Shown piece after piece: positions 29,236 to 40,910 of a DNA stretch of 64,000 nucleotides (positions are counted from its first letter, which is position 1; each line of letters starts with the position of its first letter). The stretch lies in the IMG/VR virus record IMGVR_UViG_3300028454_000499, positions 15,135-79,134 of that record; one strand, given 5' to 3'. The position numbers and the translations under genes were made by a program. Below the pieces are notes generated by a model, which saw nothing but the letters and a program-made list of their open reading frames with translations, did no database searches and was not told the origin of the DNA. Source of the stretch: a virus. Its lineage: Duplodnaviria > Caudoviricetes.

Positions 29236-32200
29236 ATGATTAAAGTAAGCGATGAATTACAAAAAGCAATCAACGTTATCAAACAGCAGGCAAAAGATGA
29301 AGGAATGACACTTGACGAAGTATGTGGGTATACTGATTATGAGCTTTTCGACTACATCACAGGTAGGGGGAATAATCCTGCAATAGATGAAAATTTAATA
29401 AGTGTCGCAAATGAAATTAGAGAACTTCACAAACAACACAGATTAGAAAACAACTGATTTTATTTATTAACACATGAAAAGAGGGTTTAACAATGAAACT
29501 GACCTACAAAGTAAGACGTAATAACGAAGGAAAAATTATTGAAAAATATTTTGCTATTGAAAATTTTACAGACCAGGAAAAACAAAGAATTTTACAGGTA
29601 TTTGCTAATAATGGCGGTGGCCGTCTTTTAGACACTCACGACTATAAAGCAATGATTATTGCTTATGATAAAAATATGGAGTCCCTTGCAGCCTTCAAGG
29701 ATAGAATCAAAGAACTTTATAACATGGCAAAGACTTTGCAGGTTATCACTGTAAAACCTGCCGATAAAAAACAGATTTACACCCCTAAAAACACGAAAAA
29801 AAGAAAACAACGCCGTATTATTCAGATTAACAAGGCGCTTGACCTTTTAGGCGAAAAATGCACTCTATACACCGCTATACATTGCTTGTCATATGTACAG
29901 GAGAAAAGACATCGAAACGGCTATTTTATGGATTATGTAGCATAGTATATTTTTTTACCGTCAATGTTAATTATATTTGTCAGTTGTTAATTATAGGAGG
30001 TTATAACCATGTATATCAAAGTAGAACGTAACTCTTTTAATGATTTTTTTGAAAATGCTTGGAGTGGTGCGCGTGATGTATTGCAGGAAGTGGCAACGCA
30101 AGACAGAGAGGAGGAGGCCGTTAATATTATCACTGAATACATGGAGGGCGAAGAAATCCCAACAGAAACACAGGTCAATGATTTTATATGGTTTGAACTA
30201 TCCGACATCATGGACTTATACAAAGAAGAAATGGAGGGCTAAAAAATGCGTGTACTTATGGAAAACGGCAAAGAAATAAAAATGTTTGGTGGTAAATTCT
30301 GGGGTGTGGAGGTTTCGCCGTATGGCATGGAACACAAAAGACTTGACTATAAAACAATGGTTACAGGATTAACCTATAATGAGTTTTTTGATTGCGGTAA
30401 CATTCTTAATGTTATCGATGATTGGGAATGTATAACAGATAATGATTATAACGAAGAAACCGGGAAATATTACGAAATTATGAATTATTTCATAGTAAGC
30501 GAGCGGGCAGCCGAAAATCTAAAAAAATATACAGATGAAATCGTCTTTTATTCACCGTCCGCTGACTTGTATTTGTTCGGTGTAGTCCATTGTGGAACAT
30601 CCTGGGATTATGTATTGACTAGCTACGAAATTATGGGGGAATAACATCATGGATATTATCGCAAGTAAACCAGAATCTGCATTTAGTGCCATTGTCCTGC
30701 ATAGCATAGACAGTGAAAAGGTGGTGTTTTCCTACGAATGGGAGGGCGTGGACAAATTGGAACACACAAAGAAAACACCGTCAAAAATCAGATACACCGC
30801 AAAAGATAGGGCGTATTTTATCGGCAGGGGCCGCCGTCAATACTTAGATGAATTTATGAGATATTAACCAATAGAAGGGACCAGGGCAGCCCCCTGGTCC
30901 GGCAGGAGGATAAAAACCATGATTAAAAAAGCGAATACGAAAATTATTGACCTTGTGATGTATGTTATCGGCTTATATAGCCGTAAAAAAACAGTGGTGA
31001 CCTGTGACGGCGTGTTTTGTGGCTATGCTTACAGTAGTTACCCATTGCGCCGGTATTTATGGACTATGGTTTTACTTGTTGCCGTGCTCGTTGGTTTATT
31101 CGTGGAGGGATAACAATGCTAAAAGAAGAATACACCGCGACTATTACCCTGCATGATGGAACTACCGAAAAGGTAGACCGTGAAATATTCCAAAAACTAA
31201 GCAGGGGAATAATAGAGTTCCCCCCGGATATTGAAACGGCTGCATATTATGGTATAGACGATTTAACAGGACTATGGGGGGATGTTGTGCCGTTTCGTGT
31301 ATACGATAACATAAACAAGTCACCGTCTTTGTTATCTGTACGAATTGATTTAATTATCGCTATATATAACGGGGAATATATGGAGGGCTAAAAAGTGGGC
31401 ACAATGTGGATTGACGAACAAAACGCGGTTTATTTCTACGATAAAGACAGGCCAGACCAGGTTTATTGTTATGATAGATACACCGGCGAAAAATTCAAGG
31501 CAAGAATAATATTAAACAAAGAAAAGATAATTGAGAATGTGGGGCAAAAATTATATGACAAATACCATCACCAATATTTATTAGTTGACGAAACACAAAT
31601 AAAGCACCTACCGCGCGAATTTATGAATTATATTCGTAGAAAATCAAAGAATGTAAAATGTGACCTGTATTGCCATCTAGGATATTAACACATGAAAAGA
31701 GGTTGATTAAATTATGAAAATGCAAAGAATTATTGATGTATTGCCACATGGTAGCGGTGTTAATTATGACTATGAAATTAAAGTCGCGCCGAATGGTAAA
31801 AAGATTACTGTATACAACAAATATGACTATATGGACGAAAACGGCTTTTATAACGATGTATTCCCGTTTTCTGTATCGTTTACCGCTGAAAATGCAACCT
31901 TGCATTTTCATAATTTAACCAGCGGTCAATACAAGAAAATTCACCGGGAGGGAATACGCGAATACTTAGAGGACATTTATTATGATGTGCTAGGCGCAAT
32001 AATGGGGATTATGCCGTATTCGTTGGATAATGGAGGACACAGAAAATGAGAATTGAAAAGAAAATTGTTGCAGCCGTTTATATCCCTGCCCACATTGAAA
32101 CAACTAAAATCTATGAATTTAATGAACTAGCTCAGGACGTGCAAAGAAAACTGATTGTCAAAGAATTTAATAACCTTGACATTGATTTTATTGTCGATGA

Positions 32201-32889
32201 ATGGTTAAACACTGTAAAAGCAATAGGCGAACTTTTAGGGGACCAGCGGCCCCATTACGAAGTCGGCTATGGTTGCCATAACTACCTTCATTTTAATAAT
32301 CACAACGAACCAGACGAAGATTTAACAGGTATTCGCGCTATGGCATGGATACAAAACAACTGGATTAACTACGCTTACAAAGGTAAATACTTTTCAACAC
32401 CTTTTAGAAAATGCGAAAAATCACCAGAACACCCAGCAGGAATTTATTATAAACACCGCTATTCTAAAATCATGTTACAGTTAGATAATTGTCCTTTTAC
32501 CGGCGTATGTTATGATTGCTGTTTTGGCGAAGCATGGAAGGAATACAAGGAACAAATAAGACAAGGAAAACAATTAACTGTTAATGACTTTGTTTCAATC
32601 CTGCAAGAAAAACTGATTGACGATATTACAAAGGAAATTGATTACAGGTATTCAGATGAAGGAATAAAAAAAGAATTATCGGAAAATGAATACTATGAAA
32701 ATGGGGAGGTTGCATAACTTGTTAATCCCTAAGAAAAAGCATAGAAAAATAGGTTATTCCTGGGCTGTATGGAGTACAAAATATAAAAAATGGTGTTATT
32801 CGTCAATATTCCACGAATACGCAACGAAACAACAATGTAAAAACGCAATTAGTTATTATATGAAGGAAGGAAGCATTTACCATGGATAA
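29236..32889 (+). other. Array of about 11 small AT-rich hypothetical early genes (29236, 29493, 30009, 30246, 30649, 30919, 31116, 31395, 31714, 32046, 32686)
   Basis: Co-oriented, tightly packed ORFs, most with GGAGG/GAGG SDs; several are strongly acidic. Confidence 0.75.
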
Positions 32890-33571
32890 ATTAGTAAGCA
32901 AAATCCTTGAAGCCATCAACAACGACACTATGAATAATGAGGGGAAAATTATCACTATTCAAAAGTTATGCGAGGCCGCTATTTACGAAAAAAACAGGGA
33001 TAAAACCTGCAATACTACCGAAAAAAAGCGTATAAAAACCATTGAAAAATTCATGGATAACGTGGATTATAAGCCGGAAATTTGCGGTTATATCATGGTT
33101 AGCAAGGAAAAAGCAACGTATACCAACGGGCACATGATGGCAACAATTCCCCGCGAATTCGTGGCTAACATTCAAAGTAAATATTTTCTGCCTCATACAT
33201 TGCGCGAATCATTCCCCGATTGTAGCAAGGTCATTCCCAACTTACATTATGGAGTAGAAACCTGTACACTCAAATATAGTGACCTTGTATCATTCCAAAA
33301 ACTGGCAAAGATTGCCAAAAAGGGATTGAGAGGTACAGACCGCGATAGTAAAGATGTTTTCTATGCTACATTTTCCGATTCTTTAATTCGGGCCTATAAC
33401 GTAAACTATTTAATCCATTGCTGCGAAGTGGCAGGAGTAAATGAAATTACTTTGACCGTGCCCACCGGGCGAAAAAATGTATATGTACCTGCCACCATCG
33501 ACACGGAAAACGGCTGTAAATTCGTGGTATGTGGTATAAAAACACCGAGAACAGGAGAAAAAGCCGCATGA
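32882..33571 (+). CDS. Hypothetical protein with partial beta-sliding-clamp-like motifs
   Basis: TNGHMMA / FPDCSKVIP / AYNVNYL / FVVCGIK parallel DnaN ATDGHRLA / FPDYRRVIP / GFNxxYL / YVVMPMR. Confidence 0.5.
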   Translation: MDKLVSKILEAINNDTMNNEGKIITIQKLCEAAIYEKNRDKTCNTTEKKRIKTIEKFMDNVDYKPEICGYIMVSKEKATYTNGHMMATIPREFVANIQSKYFLPHTLRESFPDCSKVIPNLHYGVETCTLKYSDLVSFQKLAKIAKKGLRGTDRDSKDVFYATFSDSLIRAYNVNYLIHCCEVAGVNEITLTVPTGRKNVYVPATIDTENGCKFVVCGIKTPRTGEKAA

Positions 33572-34140
33572 ATACGATTTTATTATCATGGGACGATGCG
33601 ACAAAACTATTAGAATGGGCCTTAGAAAATAAACCGCTGGTTTATCAATTCCCAGAACCATTGAAAAATGTTTGCATAACCATTGAAAACTGGGAGGCGA
33701 AAATAGAACGCAATGGAAACAAGGTCAAAATTCGTCACCGCATGGACGGCCAAAGAAAAGGTGACCAAGAATTTAAGCTAGGTCACCCGGTACGCTGGAC
33801 CAGCGATAAAACAGAACTAATCGGACCAGACAAACAAACTATGATAACTGTTTACGCTGCGGCTATGGCATATATGGTATATGCACCGAAAAGGGTATCA
33901 AAGAAACCACACAAGACGGCAGGAAACACCCAAGGAAAGCCAAGGAAGGCCACAAAAGGCTATACCTATATACTCCATAGCATAAGCACCCAAGCACCAC
34001 AGGGAGGCCACCACAGAAGCCCACAAGGTATATTTACTGTAAGAGGTCATTACAGGCACTATAAGAACGGCAAAGTTCTATGGATAGCCGAATATAAAAA
34101 AGGCACTGGTAAAGAATTAGAGAGGACGTATAAACTATGA
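33568..34140 (+). CDS. Conserved phage hypothetical protein
   Basis: Basic C-terminal HHRSP...VRGHYRHYKNGKVLWIAEYKKG motif; ATGA overlap with the upstream gene. Confidence 0.6.
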   Translation: MNTILLSWDDATKLLEWALENKPLVYQFPEPLKNVCITIENWEAKIERNGNKVKIRHRMDGQRKGDQEFKLGHPVRWTSDKTELIGPDKQTMITVYAAAMAYMVYAPKRVSKKPHKTAGNTQGKPRKATKGYTYILHSISTQAPQGGHHRSPQGIFTVRGHYRHYKNGKVLWIAEYKKGTGKELERTYKL

Positions 34141-35923
34141 TTATCAAAACAGGTACACTGAAAGAATTTAATGGAATAAAATTTTACGATGGAGAAACCA
34201 TCACTAAAACCCGTAACCTCAACAAAGAAAATGTAATTCTTCCCGATAAATGGCGGGAAGAAATTACAGACAAGTACGGATATACAAAAGCATACTTTGT
34301 TCAAGTACGGGGTATTGAACTTAACGAAAATATCCGTAATGCAAGAAAATTAAACATTGAGAAAAACGATGTATTCTCGTTGTCTGAATATGACGAACCT
34401 AGCAGAGAAAAAGAAAAAATCCTTTATATTCCTGCAAAGTTAGAACCACAGGGAACTACCCGCAAAATGGAAAGCAAAAAAGGATATTGGCTATACGAAA
34501 AAAACCTTGTGAATTTCCCTATAGTAGTCAACGTGGAATTATGGAAGGAAATCACCAAAGAGCAGGCCGATAACTACTGTAAAGAATGGGGAGGGACAAG
34601 GAACGGCACAAAATTTGTAAAACGATTGGACGATGGGCGTTATGTGTGCATGGATACCATAGAGGTCACTTTCCCCTATTTCTCCCTGCTGACCTATAAG
34701 GAATCCGTAAAAAGTGACTACGGGCAGCGACTGGAAACAATGGTAAAAACCATTAAGGAAAAAGCAGGGGTTCACATTGACAAATACAGTCTTGAAAAAC
34801 TGCTTGAAGTTTATGATATTACACCGAAAAAACAGGAGGATTAAACCATGGATAAGCGCAATTATGAAAAAGAAAATATTACCTGGTGCATTGCAAAGTT
34901 AAATAAAATGTGTGATTATGCGCGTATCCAGCGTTGTACTCATGCAGCCGGTAATCCATTTGATAAGCCACATTATCAAATTGTTATCAATGGATATGCT
35001 ATTGTATCGTACTATGGTTTTTCTGAACTGGCTGACCGCATTGCTGACTTTGTAAATACCTTTGAAGCCGGATATAAAGTAGCTAATGGCATGGAATGTT
35101 TATAAGTGGAGGGGGCTTATGATTAAGAATGTGTTTGTGGTTTGCTTTACCGATGGAGAACCACAAGATAGATATTATGCTGACACTACGAATGGCCGGA
35201 TGGAACTATGGGAATCATTAAAACTATTTGCAGAGAATGACATTGTTTGCTTGGATAACGATTTTGACCACTATAGCCATATCATGTTTGGCACTCCCGA
35301 AAAATGCAACGAGCACATGGCAAATTGTATTATTGACAGAATAGAAGTGAGGGGATAACAATGCTAAAGAAACTGGAAGAAATTTTAATTAAACATGAGA
35401 TACAGTTTGATGTGAGCAAAACCGACAAGAACTGTTATGAATTTCGTTGGCTTAACGGCGAAGCTGACATGAGAGAAGAAGTTGAGGGAGAAACCTTAGA
35501 AGAAATCGCAGAAGAACTGTATAAAGCCTATGAAAACTTCGATGTGGATACAGAAACTGCCCTATGGATTGGCGAGGACGGACACGGCAAAAACGGTGCG
35601 CCCTATCATATCCGCGATATTATTCAAGAATTTGAACGATATGAGCAAGATTTAGACGATTTGTGGACGGCTATAAAACAGGAGGCAGACAAATGAGTGT
35701 ATGTGAAGGAAACGGAGGTTATCGAATGAACGAACTTATGATAATCTTGCAGGACAACACCTATATGTATTACCAGACCGCTGAAAATACCGCCCAAAAT
35801 GCCCTGCAAAACTTCTACACCACCTGCACCAGCAATGGAATCAATCTGGATAACATTGTGATAGCAGAGTGCCGGCTTAGAAATTCACGGCAAAAGGATA
35901 TTGATATTTTTATTGTTAATTAA
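34137..35923 (+). other. Five further hypothetical early genes (34137, 34848, 35119, 35361, ~35726)
   Basis: Co-oriented ORFs with SD sequences. Confidence 0.7.
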
Positions 35924-36009
35924 ATATGTCTTTTTATAAAAATAATAATTGTAAAAGTATTTTCTCCATGATATAATGGAAGAAATGAACACAAACGGGA
36001 GGGTTAAAC

Positions 36010-36816
36010 ATGGACTACACAGAGTTTTTGGAAGAAGTACGGAAAACACGCCGGGAATCAACATATAACAGCTACAGAATGGCACTTGAAAAATTCCCTA
36101 ACGGAACCGAAGAAGAAATCATCGACTATATTGACCAGTCACCGCACCTTGGCAGCACAAAGAAAAGCAACCTGCGAATCCTCCGCATGGCTCTGGACTA
36201 CAACGGAGCACTAACCAAAGGAATCAAACGGATAATCAAATCCTACCGCCCCGACGAATCCCTCCAGGAGTGCCCCACGGACACACAGGTAGAAAAGGTA
36301 TGGGAACACCTGCCGTCCCTGCGCGAAAAAGCAATGTTCGCCCTCATGACCTACATGGGCTTCCGTGTTGGCGAAGTCCGGAACTTGAATCTCAACGACA
36401 TCACCGACAATGGCATGATAATCATTCGGAAATCCAAAGGACACCGCCCCGACATTATGCCGATGGTTCACCAGCGAGTGGACGAATCCATCCGGGCTTA
36501 CCTCCATGAACGCAGACAATCCGATGATAATGCCCTCTTTACCGGACCTCATGGCCGTCTTAACCTTGGCTACATGAAAAACCTTTTCTCCAAACAATTC
36601 AAAGGTAACGGACTGCCACAATTCCACTGCCACTCCCTGCGCCGCTACTTTGCAAACTCCATGTACAACAACGGCGTTTCCCTTCTGGATATGCAGGACA
36701 ATATGCGGCATAAATCCCCGGAAACCACAAAACGCTACTTGAACCTTGGACAGCAGAACCGTATAGAAGCAATGCGGAAAACATGGGGCAACAACGTTTC
36801 GAGGAGGTTTGCGTGA
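36010..36816 (+). CDS. Tyrosine recombinase, Xer/Cre-like (no arm-binding domain)
   Basis: Catalytic R (GFRVGE), K (KSKG), HSLRR, H (MRHKS) and Y (TKRY) all present; 268 aa. Confidence 0.9.
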   Translation: MDYTEFLEEVRKTRRESTYNSYRMALEKFPNGTEEEIIDYIDQSPHLGSTKKSNLRILRMALDYNGALTKGIKRIIKSYRPDESLQECPTDTQVEKVWEHLPSLREKAMFALMTYMGFRVGEVRNLNLNDITDNGMIIIRKSKGHRPDIMPMVHQRVDESIRAYLHERRQSDDNALFTGPHGRLNLGYMKNLFSKQFKGNGLPQFHCHSLRRYFANSMYNNGVSLLDMQDNMRHKSPETTKRYLNLGQQNRIEAMRKTWGNNVSRRFA

Positions 36817-36885
36817 TGATTCATCTTATCTGTATTACCATTGGCGTATTTTGGTTACTACTGAAACTGTAAGGGGGCAATAAAA

Positions 36886-37452
36886 ATGATGGTATTCAAA
36901 GCAGGGGAACAATATCCCCTGGCTGACACACGAGGCAAACAGGGCTTCTTCTTCGACTACTCCGAGGACAACATAGCAAAACTGACTTGCTGCTTCCCCA
37001 ACATGACCAAAAGGGAAAGCGACCTAATCCTTGAAGAACACGGAATCGTAGGACTATTCATGTACCAGGGCGTTATCTTTTTCACCGCCAAATTCGGCCC
37101 CGTCGATGGCGATGCCGCCTATCACATTGGTATGCACGAGCATCCGGAACAGATTACCGTGGAAAATCCCCCGGACGGAACCGGTATGCCTCTCTACATA
37201 TTCGCCGTAGACAGCGCAACCAATATCCTCATAGGCACACGCCTGTGCGGTCTTGGTACGAGATTCACCCGTGACTTCCGCAAAATGACCGAAGAACAAC
37301 GCCGCATGACCTTTGACGAACCCACCTTCATCCAGAGCGTGATGGAATGTCAGAACCGCTGGACTACCAAAGACCTGCACCGCATGGCCACAACCTACAA
37401 ACTGGGCACAAAAGAAGGTGAACACCCGTTGGATATATTCTGTACACCATGA
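36886..37452 (+). CDS. Hypothetical protein
   Basis: 188-aa ORF with SD AGGGGG. Confidence 0.7.
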   Translation: MMVFKAGEQYPLADTRGKQGFFFDYSEDNIAKLTCCFPNMTKRESDLILEEHGIVGLFMYQGVIFFTAKFGPVDGDAAYHIGMHEHPEQITVENPPDGTGMPLYIFAVDSATNILIGTRLCGLGTRFTRDFRKMTEEQRRMTFDEPTFIQSVMECQNRWTTKDLHRMATTYKLGTKEGEHPLDIFCTP

Positions 37453-37487
37453 TATAATTAGGATAAGCAAGAGCAGAGGTGACCGTA

Positions 37488-37966
37488 ATGAGCGATTGGA
37501 CAGAATTAGTTTTAGTAATCCGTGACGATGAAGTAAACGCTATGCCCCCAGAGCAAGAACTGGCAAAGCTAAGACAGGAATTAGAGAATTGGCGTTGGGA
37601 ACAGATTGCACCGCTTACCTTTAAGCAAGATGTATACAAAGATAACTTACAGATTGTCTTGGATAACATAGATGAACTACCGCAGAAATATAGAGTTGAA
37701 TTTTATGTATACCATTCTAAGAAATTAGCAGTATTATCCTAAAGTGCCAGGAATGTTATCGGCTTTATAAGGTAATAAACAAGACCATAAAGGATAATCA
37801 AAATGAAACTAAAATCACTTGGAGATGAAGAACTCCGTAAAGAATATGAAACCAAAGTAAAAGAACTCTTTAAGGAACACAACATATCCGAGGATGATGG
37901 TTTTGAATTGGCGAATAAGATATTAGAGTATGCCCTTAGCTTGAAAGACAAAGACGAACAAAAGTG
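37488..37966 (+). other. Two small hypothetical genes (37488-37742; 37802-37966, 54 aa, not in ORF track)
   Basis: SDs GAGGTG and AAGG; clean frames. Confidence 0.55.
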
Positions 37967-38057
37967 ACCATTTTCTTACCACGCTAGGCATATATGTCGG
38001 CGTGGTTATCTGTTTTCTTGAAATACGAATAACTACAGGAATAGAGGTATGATATTT

Positions 38058-38984
38058 ATGAGTGAACTTACAGCAGTTAGCCTGTTCTGTGGAGCAGGTG
38101 GATTAGATATTGGTTTTGAAAATGCAGGATTTAAGACCATTTGGGCTAATGATTTTAATGAGGACGCTTGCAAAACCCATCAGAATTGGAGTGACGCAAA
38201 AGTTTATTGCGGTGATATTTCCAAAGTTGATATGACTACAATTCCTCAATCTGATATAATTTTAGGTGGTTTCCCCTGCCAAGGTTTTAGCTTATCTGGA
38301 CCACGTAAGATTGACGATTCCAGAAACACTCTTTATAAACACTATGTAAAACTTGTACGGCAAAACAAACCAAAGGCTTTCATTGGAGAGAACGTAAAAG
38401 GATTACTTACAATGGGTGATGGAAAAATCATCGAAGCTATTATTGAAGATTTTTCAAATTGCGGTTATGATGTATATTATAAGTTAGTCAACGCAAAAAA
38501 CTTTGGTGTACCTCAAGACCGAGAACGTGTTATTATCGTAGGATTTCGCAAGGATTTAGGCATAAAGGATTTTTCTTTACCAGAGAGCAACGGCAAACAT
38601 ACCACATTAGGAGAAGCACTAGCAGACCTTCCCCCCGCAAAGCCAGATGAAGTCTGCGATGCCCCTTATTCTTCCCGCTATATGTCACGAAACAGAAAAC
38701 GTGGCTGGGATGATGTGTCTTACACGATTCCAGCTATGGCAAAACAGGTGACTTTATGGCCCGGTTCTCCAGATATGGAAAAATTAGATAGGGATTTGTG
38801 GAAATTCGGTGAAGGAACTACGAGAAGGTTGAGCTGGAGAGAAGCCGCTGCTATCCAAACATTTCCCAAAGACCTCGAATTTAGCGGTAACTTGGTTAGC
38901 ATTTACAAACAAATCGGCAATGCTGTACCTGTAAAATTGGCAGAAGCAGTTGCAGAATATGTAAAACCATATTTAGATAAATAA
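38058..38984 (+). CDS. C5 cytosine methyltransferase, HaeIII/BsuRI-like (probably GGCC)
   Basis: Motifs FCGAGG, GFPCQ, ENV, QDRERV, RRLS, QIGNAV; the TRD segment YMSRNRKRGWDDVSYTI resembles the MSRNR motif of GGCC MTases. Confidence 0.9.
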   Translation: MSELTAVSLFCGAGGLDIGFENAGFKTIWANDFNEDACKTHQNWSDAKVYCGDISKVDMTTIPQSDIILGGFPCQGFSLSGPRKIDDSRNTLYKHYVKLVRQNKPKAFIGENVKGLLTMGDGKIIEAIIEDFSNCGYDVYYKLVNAKNFGVPQDRERVIIVGFRKDLGIKDFSLPESNGKHTTLGEALADLPPAKPDEVCDAPYSSRYMSRNRKRGWDDVSYTIPAMAKQVTLWPGSPDMEKLDRDLWKFGEGTTRRLSWREAAAIQTFPKDLEFSGNLVSIYKQIGNAVPVKLAEAVAEYVKPYLDK

Positions 38985-38999
38985 GGGAGTGTTTTTGGC

Positions 39000-39968
39000 T
39001 TGGCAAAACAATTAGATAACGGTAAGGCTTTTGAATACGCTTGTTTAGAGGCTCTTTACCGAGCATTAAAAGAATATGGTGAAGTGTCCATAGAACCCAG
39101 CGCACCATTAGAAACAGCAAAAGGCAAATATCTGGATTTACCTAAAGATACTCAAAACAACTTAACAGACGCAGCCAATGCTGCTACTCGTGTTATTTCT
39201 AGGCTTGAACCTCAATTAAAATATGAGGATAATTCTGCGCCATTAGTTTTAGCTATTCAATCTGATGCACATGGGATCGCTGGGGATGTTCGCGATGTGG
39301 TATGTATTCGCCGCAAGAATAAATGGGAAATAGGTTTATCATGTAAACATAACCACCATGCCGTAAAGCATAGCCGACTTTCTAGGACTATTGATTTTGG
39401 AAGCGAATGGATTGGAACACCTTGCTCTAAGCAATATTTTTTGGAAATCAATCAGCTTTTTGATGAATTACAACGTATAAAGGATAATGCTGCTCGTGAA
39501 GGTAGAAAAGCATTATGGAGCGAAATACAAAACAAAAGCGAGCGTTTTTACAAACCTCTTTTACAATCGTTTATGGACGAACTAAATCGTTTATCCATAG
39601 CTGATAAAGACGCTCCTAGCAAGTTAATACAATATCTTATCGGTAGATATGATTTTTATAAGGTTATTACTGATGATAGACATAGAACCACAAGAGTTGA
39701 AGCCGTAAATTTAGCCGGGACTTTGAATAGACCTGTAAAAAATCATAAATCCATTGTTGATATACCAAAACTCCGTTTTCCATCAAAGTTTTACCATATA
39801 GGATTTAAGGATAATTCTGATAATACCATAGAGGTTGTTTGCGATGAAGGATGGACAATTTCGATGCGTATTCACAATGCCAGTTCAAAAGTAGAAACAT
39901 CATTAAAATTTGATGTAACACTAATATCTCTCCCTAGTTCTATATATGCACAAGTAGAACCGTGGTAA
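39000..39968 (+). CDS. Type II restriction endonuclease, HaeIII family
   Basis: NGKAFEYA, GDVRD, GLSCKHNHHAVKHSRLS, RIHNASS motifs; directly after the MTase. Confidence 0.8.
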   Translation: MAKQLDNGKAFEYACLEALYRALKEYGEVSIEPSAPLETAKGKYLDLPKDTQNNLTDAANAATRVISRLEPQLKYEDNSAPLVLAIQSDAHGIAGDVRDVVCIRRKNKWEIGLSCKHNHHAVKHSRLSRTIDFGSEWIGTPCSKQYFLEINQLFDELQRIKDNAAREGRKALWSEIQNKSERFYKPLLQSFMDELNRLSIADKDAPSKLIQYLIGRYDFYKVITDDRHRTTRVEAVNLAGTLNRPVKNHKSIVDIPKLRFPSKFYHIGFKDNSDNTIEVVCDEGWTISMRIHNASSKVETSLKFDVTLISLPSSIYAQVEPW

Positions 39969-40175
39969 ATGCTATGAAAAAAATTTACTATACCATTTAT
40001 CTGACAAAAACTGACGAAATCGTAGCCTCTGGCACGAGCAAAGAATGTATGAAACAGTTAAATAAAAAATCATTAAACTCGTTTCATAGCTTGGTAAGCA
40101 AAAGCCAAAAAGGTATTCGAGAAAAATATACCGTTTATAAAGAATATCTGGAGGAAGATTAACTAGGTAAGCATT

Positions 40176-40910
40176 ATGAACAAAACAGACATAGAGCAAA
40201 TTCGGCAGATTACACTTGCCCTATACGACGAGCCTATTGCGTTAGTAAATGGTTCTGAATACCTATGCAATCACCCATACACCCACACCATCTATATCCA
40301 TTACCCTCCTGCCGTAGACCGCCTGGACCTATCCAATTCCTCCGACAAGGCTTACTACCGTAGAGAGATTGCGGAATCATTAAGCAAAGCCAGTGTCGCT
40401 CTCTGCTATGCTTACATACAGACTGCATTTAAGCTGACATGGTTCAAGAAATGCAGCCCGTATCTGTCCGATAGGCTTTATGCAAAGTATTTGAAGTCCG
40501 CATGGCTGGACGAATTTAACCCAAACATGGATGCCAATGTCAGTCGCCAAGAAGTCATCGAATACTTCCGAAAAGCCAAAAAGGGGTATATAATGGATAA
40601 GGACGAGCGTCAGCATTTCGACAATCTCTCTGATACCATAACCATATACCGCGGCGTTTCTCCCCATCGAGAAAAATATGGACTAAGTTGGACTGACAAC
40701 AAAAACATTGCCCTCGAATATATGAAAAAATTTGCTACCGAGGGCGAACAAGGCATATTACTAAGGGCAACCATAAGTAAGAATCATGTATTATGCTATA
40801 TAAACACCCTAAAAGAATGTGAACTTATTGTCGATGTATTTGCCATTATGGATAAAATAGAACCATACCAGGGAAGAAATATGAACAATATAAAGGAGAT
40901 AGAATGTTAA
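40176..40910 (+). CDS. Putative R-S-E class ADP-ribosyltransferase
   Basis: TIYRG ... LSWT ... KECELIV motif triad in the C-terminal half. Confidence 0.6.
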   Translation: MNKTDIEQIRQITLALYDEPIALVNGSEYLCNHPYTHTIYIHYPPAVDRLDLSNSSDKAYYRREIAESLSKASVALCYAYIQTAFKLTWFKKCSPYLSDRLYAKYLKSAWLDEFNPNMDANVSRQEVIEYFRKAKKGYIMDKDERQHFDNLSDTITIYRGVSPHREKYGLSWTDNKNIALEYMKKFATEGEQGILLRATISKNHVLCYINTLKECELIVDVFAIMDKIEPYQGRNMNNIKEIEC

